Shown: positions 36,447-46,281, counted from the first letter of the stretch. The stretch is 64,000 bases of DNA from Candidatus Algichlamydia australiensis (GCA_033977065.1 JAXCHI010000004.1:284724-348723), one strand, 5' to 3'. Notes: generated by a model from the sequence alone, not told the origin. Numbers and translations are program-made.

Positions 36447-37382
36447 ATGAGTAATTCAATAGATCGTTACGATGTTGCAACATACGCACTAAATCTTGGT
36501 TTTGCTGCCGCGTCTGCTTGCGAGCACTCCCGTATAGGCAATGTATTAAGTAAATGGCGTATAAGTTTATTACTACTTGGAGCAACAACCTATGCTTTTA
36601 ATTATGTCCAATTTATTAGGACATTGTCCGATGACTTAAAAGATCAATTTAATCCTCACAAAAGCGAAGTCGATAACGATTTTTTTAAGTTCTCGCTTGC
36701 AATTACACCTATTTTTGCCGCTTTCTTGCTTCCAGTTGCTTGCCATTATTTGGGAAAGAGAGTAACTCACGCATTTCCTAGGGTTCAGTTGCAAGCGCCT
36801 AAGGGCTGTACTGCAGAATGGCTAGCTCCCTCTACATTTCACAACTTGGTTCAAGGATTTGCAGTGTCAAATGCACTTTTAAATCTTGCTGCAACTTTTG
36901 GTGGAAATGCGCACTCAAGATTATCTACAGGAGTTTTGTCTCTATTACACTTTGGCACAATACCTACACTTGCAAGTGGAAATCTAATTGAAGCGACTAC
37001 CACAAGAGATCATAGTGATGGAAAAACACAGTTCCTTTTCAGCTATATTTTTCGAGTAAAAAAACCTACTGATCCCTTGACCATAAGTGAAAGTGGTACA
37101 GTTTATTCCTATTCAAAAGTTATAGAAAATTTTTATAAAAATATTCAACAAATTAAACTTGATGATAGCACAGTTGAATGCTCTGAAAAAGCGATACCAA
37201 TTGTTGTTGGTGTGAATCCAACAATCACTAAAATCGTGAAATTGATTACCTATCACTTAACAGTTGCCAAAGACCTTATACCTGAAAAACTCAAAGGCTT
37301 TTCTCAACTCACTGCTTTTGTAAAAGATACGGGGCCCTTTGTTCCCAACGTCATCAAGGCAGCATCTATTGTGCCTTTGTAG
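36447..37382 (+). CDS. Hypothetical membrane protein, tandem paralog B
   Basis: 311 aa, with the same length class and N-terminal pattern as 35491-36432. Its RBS is ggaga. Its 3' end overlaps the uvrA 3' end by 17 nt. Confidence 0.6.
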   Translation: MSNSIDRYDVATYALNLGFAAASACEHSRIGNVLSKWRISLLLLGATTYAFNYVQFIRTLSDDLKDQFNPHKSEVDNDFFKFSLAITPIFAAFLLPVACHYLGKRVTHAFPRVQLQAPKGCTAEWLAPSTFHNLVQGFAVSNALLNLAATFGGNAHSRLSTGVLSLLHFGTIPTLASGNLIEATTTRDHSDGKTQFLFSYIFRVKKPTDPLTISESGTVYSYSKVIENFYKNIQQIKLDDSTVECSEKAIPIVVGVNPTITKIVKLITYHLTVAKDLIPEKLKGFSQLTAFVKDTGPFVPNVIKAASIVPL

Positions 37383-40300
37383 GTGAAATGATGTTTACTA
37401 CCTTTCCACCTTTCTCACCAGCTCCAGGCCCTAGCTCGATTTGGTAGTCAGCCGATTCGATGATATCGGAGTTGTGCTCGATCATAATAATGGTATGACC
37501 GCTATCGACAATTTTATGGAAAATTTTGAGGAGTTTTTCGATGTCGACACTGTGCAGGCCGATAGTCGGTTCGTCAAAGAGGTAGAGGGTGTGGCGTTTG
37601 GCTGGACGGACGAGTTCGCGAGAGAGACGCAGGCGCTGCGCTTCTCCGCCAGAGAGCGTTTGCACGCGCTGGCCTAAGGTGAGGTAGCCAAGTCCCACTT
37701 CTACTAAAACTTTTAGTGTCTTTTGAATTTTCGGAATTTTTGGGAGGAAGTCAATCGCTTCATTTACGGTGAGGTTGAGCAGTTGCCCGAGGTTTTTTCC
37801 TTTGTAGGTCACCTCAAGGGGAAGGGGAGCGAGGCGATTGCCATTACAGCTGTCACAGGTGATGGTCACAGCCGGCATTAGCTGTAGCTGGATTTTGCGT
37901 GTTCCCAGGCCCCAACACTTGCGACACATGCCTTTCATGTGGTTGTAGCTAAAATGGTAGGCTTTCAGGTTGCGCATGCGCGCTTCGGGTAGTTCAGCAA
38001 AAAAGCGGCGCAGAGGTGTAAGAAGATCGGAATAGGTGGTGATGTCAGCACGTGCAGTGTGTCCAATAGGAGATTGGTCAAGTGCAATGCATTTTTCGAT
38101 TTGCTTAAGCCCTGAGATTTTGCTTCCATGAATGGTAATGGTGTCGGGGGGTTGCCTATGCGTAAGCGCTTTTTCGACAGCTGGCCGTAGTAGGTGGTGC
38201 ATCAGCGTCGATTTTCCCGATCCTGAGACACCGGTAATGCAGGTAAAAATGTGCAGGGGAATGTCTAGAGAGATATTTTTAAGATTGTGCAGCGAAGCGT
38301 TTTCAATTTTTAAAACTTTTTTGGTAGGTTTGCGGTATTTGCAATCCACAGCGCTCTTTTCTCCAGAGAGGTAGGCGCCAGTAAGCGATTTCGGATCGCG
38401 TTTGATTTGCGCAATAGAGCCTTGTGCAATGATCTGCCCCCCTTTTTTTCCCGCTTCTGGGCCAAAATCGATGAGATAGTCGGCTGTGTTAATAGTAAGA
38501 GGGTCGTGCTCAACAAGAAGGAGAGTATTGCCGCTTTTACAGAGTTTTTTTAGTGCGCGGTTGAGTAGCGCGTTATTTTGCGGATGCAAGCCGATAGTGG
38601 GTTCGTCTAAAACATAGAGGCAGCCAGTTAGACCAGATCCAAGCTGACGCGCTAAATGAATGCGCTGTGTCTCCCCACCTGAAAGTGTAGGTGCGCTACG
38701 AGAGAGCGCGAGATACTCAAGTCCGATTTCCATCATAAATTTTAGGCGATGATCGATCTGCGAGAGCGTCTCATCGAGAAGGTTTTTCTTCTCTTTTGGA
38801 AGGGAGAGTTTTTTCAAGAATTGTACTGTTTGTGAGATGGGAAGCTCACACACCTCTGGAAGGGTTTTTCCTGCAACTTTTACCCCTCGTGCAAGGGGAT
38901 TCAAGCGCGCTCCGTTGCAGCTTGGACAGGGAGACTCGTCCATGTGTGGCAAGATCTCTTTGCGTAAATTATTTTTTGCCGCCTTTGCTCGCTTAGCAAA
39001 GAGCGTTTCAAAGCCGATCCATTTAAAAGAAATTTCTGCAAAAGTAAAGCTCTTTTCGCTACCTCTCATTAATAGTTTTTGCTGCTTATCTGAGAGGTCA
39101 CAGAGAGGGGTGTTGGGATCAATTTCTTCTTTTTCAAGAAATGCCTCAAAAAGCTCTAAAGCTTCATCAGAGAGACGATCTTTGCAGAGATAGTAGAAGA
39201 GTGTGATGGGAGGGCAACGCATGATTTTAGGAAAGCGAGTAAGATCTGCGCCCCACTGAATGCCAAGTCCCTGACAGTCAGGGCACATGCCCTCTTCAGA
39301 ATTGAAAGAGAAGGTGTGGGGTTTAATTTGGGGGTAGGAGCGTCCCGTTGAAGGAACCGCGAATTCTAAGTTAAAGAAAAGATCTTGATCATCAAGGGCT
39401 GCAATCAGTTTTCCTTCTCCACGCTCGCTCGCAAGGGAGACGGCCTCAAAGAGGCGTGGAGTGATGTCAGGTTTGATTACGATCCGATCGATGACAAGAT
39501 GGAACTCCTGTTTGACTCCGCGTGAGAAGGGGATTTCATCTTCCAAATCATAGGTCGTGCCATTGAGCCGCACGCGGCGAAACCCTTCTGCTTTGAGTCG
39601 CATAAGAAGAGAGGAAAAGTCTTCTCCATGCCGAAGAGTGAGTGGGGCTAAAATTTGCACACGCGTCTTTTCTGGAAGCTCTTGCAACTTCTTGCAAACA
39701 AACTCTTTGGTAATTGCTACAATTTTTTCACCCGTCTCAGGACAGAATGCTTCACCCAAATGCGCGTAAAGCAGGCGCAAATAGTCATAGACTTCTGTCA
39801 TGGTCCCAATCGTTGAGCGTGGATTGCCTGCGTGGCGCTTCTGTTCAATAGAAATTGCTGGAGATAGGCCCTCAATCAACTCTAATTTTGGCTTGGCCAT
39901 CTGCTTGACAAACTGGCGTGCGTAAGAGGGGAGAGACTCAATATAGCGACGCTGCCCTTCAGCATAAATTGTCTCAAAAGCAAGCGAACTCTTCCCCGAC
40001 CCAGAAGGTCCCGTACAAACCGTCATTTTGCCGCGCGGAATTGTGAGATCAATTCCTTTTAAATTATTTTGTTCTGCTCCCTTCACTACAATCTCTGTAT
40101 GCTTTGAGACTCTCTTTTTAGATGGTGCGCTGACTCTCTTTTTCTCCCCCAGCGCAATCCCAGTTGCCGTCTTTGCTTTGATGATCTGTTCCGGTGTGCC
40201 CTCAGCAAGAACATTTCCATCCTCCAAATCGATGACCCAATCGGCTACCTTGATCAAATCCAAATTGTGCTCAATAACAAGGACTGTATTGCCTTCGCTC

Positions 40301-42936
40301 ACAAGTCGCTCCAAAATGCGCAGCAAGCGGTCAATATCGCGAAAATGGAGACCTGTTGTCGGTTCATCTAAGATGTAAAGAGTTTGTCCCGTCGAGGGGC
40401 GAATGAGCTCTTTGGCAAGCTTGATGCGCTGCGCCTCCCCACCAGAAAGCGTGGTGGAGCTCTGGCCGATTTTCATGTAGCCGAGACCCACGTCGTTGAG
40501 AAGTTGCAATTTTTTGCGAATATTAGGAATTGCATCAAAGAACTCCAACCCTTCTCGCACACTCAAGCGCATCACGTCGTAGATCGATTTTCCCTTGTAA
40601 AGAACAGAGAGCGTTTTGGGATCAAAACGACGCCCGTCACAGAGAGGACAAGTTGCAAAACTATCCTCTAAAAAGTCCATATCGATACGTATCTGACCCA
40701 TTCCAGAGCATTTAGGACACGACCCCTCGCGCACATTAAAACTAAAACGACCTGAAGAAAACCCTTGCGCCTTAGCATCGGGAAGCGAAGCAAAGAGATT
40801 GCGAATATCGTCGAACAACTTCACATAAGTCGCAGGATTGGAACGCGGCGTGCGGCCAATGGGCGTTTGATCGATTGCAATAACCTTGTCCAGATGCTCG
40901 ATGCCCTCTAATGCCTTGTGCTTGGCGGGGCGTAGCAGCGATCGCTGTAATTTATTGGAAAGAGCAGGGTAGAGCGTATCAATAATCAGCGAAGATTTTC
41001 CCGCACCTGAGATTCCTGTTACTGCAACAAAAAGTCCAAGAGGAATTTCCGCATCCATCTTTTGCAAATTATTCGCCTCAGCGCCTCTGATCACTAGCCT
41101 TTTTTCTGTAGGCTTGCGGCGGCTTTTCGGAGTTGCAACTTTTTCTTTTCCCGAGAGGTAAGCACCCGTAACAGAGCGCGGGCTCTTGATCAGATCAGCC
41201 GGCTTGCCTTGTGCCACAATCTCACCGCCTTCAACACCTGCACCAGGACCCACATCGACAATCTCATCGGCCGCATAAATCGTCTCCTCATCGTGCTCAA
41301 CCACAATCACCGTGTTGCCTTGATCGCGCAAGTTCAAAAGCGTGCGAATGAGGCGCTCATTATCTGTCGGGTGCAAGCCAATTGAAGGCTCATCTAAAAT
41401 ATACGTAGTCCCAATCAGCCCCGCTCCAATTTGTGAAGCGAGGCGCACACGCTGCGCTTCGCCACCTGAGAGCGTTGCTGAAGTCCGCTCTAAAGAAATA
41501 TAGTGCAGGCCGACATCAAGGAGAAAATGCAGACGCCTCTGCAACTCCTTAATCATCTCAGCCCCGACTTTTTTCTCCATTTTGGAGAGCTTAAGCGCAT
41601 CAAAAAAATTTGCCGCCTCAGCAATTGTCATACTCGTGATATCGTGAATTGTCTTTTTTCCAAGCGTTGTCACCCGAGGGTAAGAGCGAATGCGCGCGCC
41701 CAGGCAGTCAGGACAGACCTGTTCGCTCATCATCTCTAGCATCCGCTGCTTGTACTTTTCGCTCTTAGCTTCATTAAAGCGTTTTTTAACCTCATGTAAA
41801 ACGCCCTTCCACTCCACATATTCAATCCAGCGCTTCTTAGACTTTGGATGGACAAACGTCATCTTCGTCCAGCGCTCCTCCGTCCCATGCAGAAAAATAT
41901 GCTTGGCACTCTTTGAAAGCTTTTTCCAAGGCTTCTTTACATTAAAATCAAAAATGCGGCCTAAATTGCGATAGATATTGCCCCAGAGTACCGTCTCAAA
42001 ACTGCCCGCAATTGCGATGCAGTCCTCACTAATACTCTTCTCTTCATCGATGATTTTTTCCTCATCAAAGACAAGAGTCGTGCCCAAACCCGAACAAGCC
42101 GGACACATGCCTTTCGGATGGTTAAAAGAGAAATCTTGCGGTTCAAGCGGGGGATAAGAAATTCCCGATTTAGCTGAATGCGCATGCGTAGAAAAAAGAT
42201 GTTCCTTGCCACTCTCCACTTCAAGACAGCTCATCACACCCTTGCCTAGCTCAAGAGCGCTACTTACCGCCTCTTTCAACCGCCCACGGTTTTCACGATC
42301 AACCTTCAATCGATCAACCACTAGATCGACATCGTGTGAGACACTTTTTTTAAGCGACATACCCTCTTCTAGCTCAACAATCTCGCCATCGACACGCACC
42401 CGCATGAACCCTTTGCGAAGTAGCTCCGCAAAATCTTCCTTAAACTCGCCCTTTTTACCCTTTGCAAACGGCGCCAATACAATTAGCTTTGTACCTGCCT
42501 TCAACTCACTAATCTGCTCTAAAATTTGCGTATTGCTCTGCGGCGTGACACGCTCCCCACTCTCCGGACAGTGCGCCACACCAATCCGCGCAAAAAGTAC
42601 CCGCAAATAGTCATAAATTCCCGTAATCGTCCCGACAGTTGACCTCGGACTCTTGTGCGTGGTCTTCTGCTCAATGGAAATTGTGGGAGAAATCCCGGTA
42701 ATCAGCTCCGCATCAGGCTTAGGGATATCGCCCATATACCGTCGCGCATACGTAGATAAAGATTCAATATAACGGCGCTGCCCTTCAGCATAGATCGTAT
42801 CAAACGCCAGCGAGCTTTTGCCTGAGCCAGAGACCCCGGTAAAGACAATCAATTGTCCCGGCTTTAGCTCTAAAGAAACTTTTTTAAGGTTATGTACAGA
42901 AACTTTTTGAAGTTGGATCTTAGGACTTTCGCTCAT
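37366..42936 (-). CDS. uvrA: Excinuclease ABC subunit A, double-length (two complete UvrA units fused)
   Basis: 1856 aa. GVSGSGKSSLAFDTIYAEGQRRYIESLS near residue 35 recurs as GPSGSGKSSLAFETIYAEGQRRYIESLP near residue 960. There are four ABC signature/Walker sets and zinc-finger Cys pairs. Confidence 0.95.
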   Translation of the reverse strand: MSESPKIQLQKVSVHNLKKVSLELKPGQLIVFTGVSGSGKSSLAFDTIYAEGQRRYIESLSTYARRYMGDIPKPDAELITGISPTISIEQKTTHKSPRSTVGTITGIYDYLRVLFARIGVAHCPESGERVTPQSNTQILEQISELKAGTKLIVLAPFAKGKKGEFKEDFAELLRKGFMRVRVDGEIVELEEGMSLKKSVSHDVDLVVDRLKVDRENRGRLKEAVSSALELGKGVMSCLEVESGKEHLFSTHAHSAKSGISYPPLEPQDFSFNHPKGMCPACSGLGTTLVFDEEKIIDEEKSISEDCIAIAGSFETVLWGNIYRNLGRIFDFNVKKPWKKLSKSAKHIFLHGTEERWTKMTFVHPKSKKRWIEYVEWKGVLHEVKKRFNEAKSEKYKQRMLEMMSEQVCPDCLGARIRSYPRVTTLGKKTIHDITSMTIAEAANFFDALKLSKMEKKVGAEMIKELQRRLHFLLDVGLHYISLERTSATLSGGEAQRVRLASQIGAGLIGTTYILDEPSIGLHPTDNERLIRTLLNLRDQGNTVIVVEHDEETIYAADEIVDVGPGAGVEGGEIVAQGKPADLIKSPRSVTGAYLSGKEKVATPKSRRKPTEKRLVIRGAEANNLQKMDAEIPLGLFVAVTGISGAGKSSLIIDTLYPALSNKLQRSLLRPAKHKALEGIEHLDKVIAIDQTPIGRTPRSNPATYVKLFDDIRNLFASLPDAKAQGFSSGRFSFNVREGSCPKCSGMGQIRIDMDFLEDSFATCPLCDGRRFDPKTLSVLYKGKSIYDVMRLSVREGLEFFDAIPNIRKKLQLLNDVGLGYMKIGQSSTTLSGGEAQRIKLAKELIRPSTGQTLYILDEPTTGLHFRDIDRLLRILERLVSEGNTVLVIEHNLDLIKVADWVIDLEDGNVLAEGTPEQIIKAKTATGIALGEKKRVSAPSKKRVSKHTEIVVKGAEQNNLKGIDLTIPRGKMTVCTGPSGSGKSSLAFETIYAEGQRRYIESLPSYARQFVKQMAKPKLELIEGLSPAISIEQKRHAGNPRSTIGTMTEVYDYLRLLYAHLGEAFCPETGEKIVAITKEFVCKKLQELPEKTRVQILAPLTLRHGEDFSSLLMRLKAEGFRRVRLNGTTYDLEDEIPFSRGVKQEFHLVIDRIVIKPDITPRLFEAVSLASERGEGKLIAALDDQDLFFNLEFAVPSTGRSYPQIKPHTFSFNSEEGMCPDCQGLGIQWGADLTRFPKIMRCPPITLFYYLCKDRLSDEALELFEAFLEKEEIDPNTPLCDLSDKQQKLLMRGSEKSFTFAEISFKWIGFETLFAKRAKAAKNNLRKEILPHMDESPCPSCNGARLNPLARGVKVAGKTLPEVCELPISQTVQFLKKLSLPKEKKNLLDETLSQIDHRLKFMMEIGLEYLALSRSAPTLSGGETQRIHLARQLGSGLTGCLYVLDEPTIGLHPQNNALLNRALKKLCKSGNTLLLVEHDPLTINTADYLIDFGPEAGKKGGQIIAQGSIAQIKRDPKSLTGAYLSGEKSAVDCKYRKPTKKVLKIENASLHNLKNISLDIPLHIFTCITGVSGSGKSTLMHHLLRPAVEKALTHRQPPDTITIHGSKISGLKQIEKCIALDQSPIGHTARADITTYSDLLTPLRRFFAELPEARMRNLKAYHFSYNHMKGMCRKCWGLGTRKIQLQLMPAVTITCDSCNGNRLAPLPLEVTYKGKNLGQLLNLTVNEAIDFLPKIPKIQKTLKVLVEVGLGYLTLGQRVQTLSGGEAQRLRLSRELVRPAKRHTLYLFDEPTIGLHSVDIEKLLKIFHKIVDSGHTIIMIEHNSDIIESADYQIELGPGAGEKGGKVVNIISPTKAQ

Positions 42937-42994
42937 AGGGGGAAGTATAAGAGATTTCTGTACTTTTATGCGAATTTAGATTATATTACTTCTT

Positions 42995-44545
42995 ATGAAT
43001 ATCGTGCCAGTAAGTCTAGAAGCAACTAAAAATTATTTTAATATAGATCGCGCAGGATGGAGCCAAACAGCAGGGAAGGTGAGTTCCTTTATCTTCTCAC
43101 ATAAGAGGGGGCTGTTGGGGTTGACTCTTATTCTCTTCCCATTTGTACTTGTCGCAAAGAAATATTATAACATTACAGACGTGTGGCCTCATCAAGTATT
43201 AATTGCGAATATTTTATATTCTTTACGTAATTATGTGCCGGAAAATTATCGCGTAGGGATTGAGCGGTATGTTGGTGAAGTCTATCCGGCAAATAAATTC
43301 TCTGAAGAAGATAGGGAAGAATTACAAGAGTGGGTTAATCAAGCACAACCTAGGCAAGCACAAGCTAGAGTAATTGGAATAATTGATTCTCAGGAATCAC
43401 GTCAGAGACTTATGAACTGTTTGCTACGAGGTAGTAAGGAACTGGAGTATGCACCTTCAAGTTTTTTAGAATTAAACGTTTTTGATAAGCTTTCGCACCT
43501 CCAGTCAATAGAATTTAATTCAGATGAAAAACTGGATCTTCCAGAGAAGATTCTAAATTTAAAAAATCTGCGTAGTTTGCGACTTGAAAATTTTAGAATT
43601 CCAGAAAATTTTGAATTTGAAAGACTTTCTAAAATCCAACAGCTTTCTCTAATTAAGTGCGATATTTCAAATGATGTACACTTGGAAAAACTCTTTTTTT
43701 TAAAAAAACTTCGTATTTCCGAATCTAAACTTGAAGCATTACCTTTTTTACCATTAAAAAATTTAGTTACATTAGATCTTTATTCCCTTGATCTTGCTGT
43801 TATTCCTGAATGGATCGGAGGTTTATCAAAATTAGCTAGTTTAACATTGACTAAATGCGCAGCTTTAAAAAGCCTACCAGAAGAAATTTATCGGCTGCCA
43901 AAGGGATGCAAAATAAACATATGGGCTTCTGGACTGGCTCATGCCCCTATTTTTGAGCAGACGACAAAAGAAGGTTATTCAGGACCTAAATTCTCTACAG
44001 AAAGTAGGACTAGTTCTTTCCCTTTTAGAAAGACTCCTTTTTTAAGATTTGGAGCTAGCTGGCTTGATGTAGTCAAAGAGCTTGACAAATGGATTCATGT
44101 AAATAAGGAGAATTCTCTTAGCCGTATAAGATTTCGAGATGAAATCATAAATAGAAGTTTTATTTTTGAGAATTTTAGTCAGGGTGACGAACTAGAGAAT
44201 AAAGCATACATTGACATGTTGGCATTTATTTTGAAAAAGAGTCGAGACACGGGTAAACCTTTTCAATCTTATTTTGAGTTTTGCCCAAGAAGCGTTGTTG
44301 AGTATGAAAGAACTCTCGAAATATTGGAATATATAGCAGATAAATATGCAGGCTCATACACAATGGCATTTTATAACTATAATCATCTGCCACTAGAAAT
44401 AGATTTTGAAAAATTAGGAGGGTTGCTTTATCAAAGAGAACGTTGCAGTAGGTTGTCGATTGAAGGATTTACCTTACGAAACTTCGGTTATCTCGATAGT
44501 CTACCGATCGAAAAATTATCTCTAGAAAATTGTGAAATTTTGTAA
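42995..44545 (+). CDS. Leucine-rich-repeat protein with an N-terminal TM anchor, paralog 1
   Basis: 516 aa. The TM segment is LLGLTLILFPFVLVA. LRRs include LKNLRSLRLENFRIPENFEFERLSKIQQLSL and LVTLDLYSLDLAVIPEWIGGLSKLASLTL. Confidence 0.8.
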   Translation: MNIVPVSLEATKNYFNIDRAGWSQTAGKVSSFIFSHKRGLLGLTLILFPFVLVAKKYYNITDVWPHQVLIANILYSLRNYVPENYRVGIERYVGEVYPANKFSEEDREELQEWVNQAQPRQAQARVIGIIDSQESRQRLMNCLLRGSKELEYAPSSFLELNVFDKLSHLQSIEFNSDEKLDLPEKILNLKNLRSLRLENFRIPENFEFERLSKIQQLSLIKCDISNDVHLEKLFFLKKLRISESKLEALPFLPLKNLVTLDLYSLDLAVIPEWIGGLSKLASLTLTKCAALKSLPEEIYRLPKGCKINIWASGLAHAPIFEQTTKEGYSGPKFSTESRTSSFPFRKTPFLRFGASWLDVVKELDKWIHVNKENSLSRIRFRDEIINRSFIFENFSQGDELENKAYIDMLAFILKKSRDTGKPFQSYFEFCPRSVVEYERTLEILEYIADKYAGSYTMAFYNYNHLPLEIDFEKLGGLLYQRERCSRLSIEGFTLRNFGYLDSLPIEKLSLENCEIL

Positions 44546-44583
44546 TTTTCAGACTTTTTCAAAAAAAATATTATAATATCCCT

Positions 44584-44655
44584 AAAGCCAATCAATTGTC
44601 CCATTTTTAGCTGCAAATAAATTTTTTTAAGTTGGACCTTAGGACCTTCGCTCAT
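44584..44655 (-). pseudogene. Relic of the uvrA 5' end (first ~24 codons), duplicated with the LRR gene unit
   Basis: The minus-strand atgagcgaaggtcctaaggtccaacttaaaaaaatttatttgcagctaaaaatgggacaattgattggcttt aligns with uvrA codons 1-32, with a 24 nt internal deletion. The flanking promoter region is also duplicated. Confidence 0.8.
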
Positions 44656-44712
44656 AGAGGAAGTATAAGAGATTTCTGTACTTTTATGCGAATTTAGATT
44701 ATACTACTTCTT

Positions 44713-46281
44713 ATGAATATCGTGCCAGTAAGTCTAGAAGCAACTAAAAATTATTTTAGCATAGATCGTGCAGGATGGAGCCAAACAGCACGACATGTGG
44801 GTTCCTTTGTGTTAAGCCACAAAAGGGAGCTGTTGGGAATTACCATTGCTTTCCTTGCGGTTGCTGGGGCTGCATCATTCGTTTATCAACAATATACAGA
44901 TGTTTGGCCGCATCAACTGTTTATTGCAAATCTCTTGTACCCCTTACGCAATTTCGTTCCGCAAAAAATAAAAGGAGGAATTGAAAGGTATAACAGCGAA
45001 GTCTATCCGGTGCACAAATTTACAGAAGAAGATCGACAAGAATTGCAAAATTGGGTGGAAAGAGTTCCCCTTGGTGTACATCACATGGGCGGAGCTAGAA
45101 GGGAGATCCGCGAAACTATAATGGAAGAGGTTCTTGCCGGTAAAAAGAGCCTGTCGAAGGAAGTTCCAGTAAATTTTTTACGGCTAAACGTGTTTGATAA
45201 ACTTTCCCATCTTCAAAAAATAAAAATTGTTTCGGGAGGAACGAAAATCGATCTACCTGAAGCGATCAAAAAATTAAAAAATCTCCAAACCTTACATCTA
45301 AACAAGTTAATAATTCCCGAAGATTTTCAATTTGCAGAATTTCCTAAATTGGAGTGCCTTTCTTTAGAATTTTGTGACGTTCCGTGTGGCCTTCAACTAG
45401 AGAATCTTAAGCATTTAAAGAAGCTTAGTCTTAGTTATAATTGTACACTTGGTGCACTCCCTTCAATTCCATCGAAAAATTTAGTATCGTTGGAGCTTTG
45501 TTGCACACTTTTGGCTTCTGTTCCAACTGCAGTCGGGGGCTTCTCAAAGTTAACTTTTTTAGATTTGAGCCATAATAGAGAAATGAAAAGCCTACCTGAG
45601 GAAATTTATCAATTATCAAAGAAATGTAAAATATTAATAGGGTGGTCTGCTATTGCTCTTGCGCCTGTCTTTCAAGAGATAATAAAAGAAGGCTATTCAG
45701 GGCCTCAATTTTTTGTTAATAGCACGCCTATTGATGAAGGCGATTATCATCTTCCTTTATCTGAAAATAAAAGTCATTCATTTTTGTCATTGGGATCTAA
45801 TTGGCTTGAAATAGTCAGAGAGCTTGATAAACTTGTTCATGACAACGTCCCTCTTCATAGATCTTTTCGAGAAAAAATTATACATAACAAATTGACCGAT
45901 TATAAATTTAGGCTAGGGGAGCATATGCGACAAGATAAGAAAGTTATCGACATGCTGGTATATATTTCGAATAACTGCGAAGCAGGAAGCCCAATACGTA
46001 ACTGTCACTTTCAATTTGAACCAATGTGTGTTTCAGATACGGAACAATCCATTAAAATAGCAAATTATATTATCGATAATTACAAAGAAAAATATTCATT
46101 CTCATTTAGGAAGCTTGGCCCCAGACCTCTAGAGATAAATTTAAGAGAATTGGTGGGCCTAGCGAATCAAACAGAACTCTGTAGTAGCCTGTCGATTAAA
46201 GGATTTACCTTGAGGAATTTTGATTATTTGGACACTTTATCGGTAGAAAAGCTTTCAATAGAAGATTGTGAAATTTTGTAA
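44713..46281 (+). CDS. Leucine-rich-repeat protein with an N-terminal TM anchor, paralog 2
   Basis: 522 aa, collinear with paralog 1. Of its first 26 codons, 25 are identical at the protein level, and it has the same C-terminal ending, C(E)IL. Confidence 0.8.
   Translation: MNIVPVSLEATKNYFSIDRAGWSQTARHVGSFVLSHKRELLGITIAFLAVAGAASFVYQQYTDVWPHQLFIANLLYPLRNFVPQKIKGGIERYNSEVYPVHKFTEEDRQELQNWVERVPLGVHHMGGARREIRETIMEEVLAGKKSLSKEVPVNFLRLNVFDKLSHLQKIKIVSGGTKIDLPEAIKKLKNLQTLHLNKLIIPEDFQFAEFPKLECLSLEFCDVPCGLQLENLKHLKKLSLSYNCTLGALPSIPSKNLVSLELCCTLLASVPTAVGGFSKLTFLDLSHNREMKSLPEEIYQLSKKCKILIGWSAIALAPVFQEIIKEGYSGPQFFVNSTPIDEGDYHLPLSENKSHSFLSLGSNWLEIVRELDKLVHDNVPLHRSFREKIIHNKLTDYKFRLGEHMRQDKKVIDMLVYISNNCEAGSPIRNCHFQFEPMCVSDTEQSIKIANYIIDNYKEKYSFSFRKLGPRPLEINLRELVGLANQTELCSSLSIKGFTLRNFDYLDTLSVEKLSIEDCEIL

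Noticed and set aside
37441-42610. Numerous 60-134 aa plus-strand ORFs inside uvrA (for example 38837-39193, 40028-40378, 42206-42610)
   Set aside because: They lie antisense to a strongly supported 1856 aa uvrA ORF, overlap one another, and have low-complexity S/R/L-rich translations. This is the usual shadow-ORF pattern.
43900-46281. NEL (IpaH/SspH-type) E3 ligase domain in the C-terminal ~200 aa of LRR paralogs 1 and 2
   Set aside because: LRR plus an unknown C-terminal domain invites the comparison. However, I see no conserved CxD catalytic motif shared by the two paralogs (FCPRSV vs MCVSD are not aligned convincingly), and the extreme C-terminus looks LRR-like again. The idea cannot be supported without profile or structure searches.
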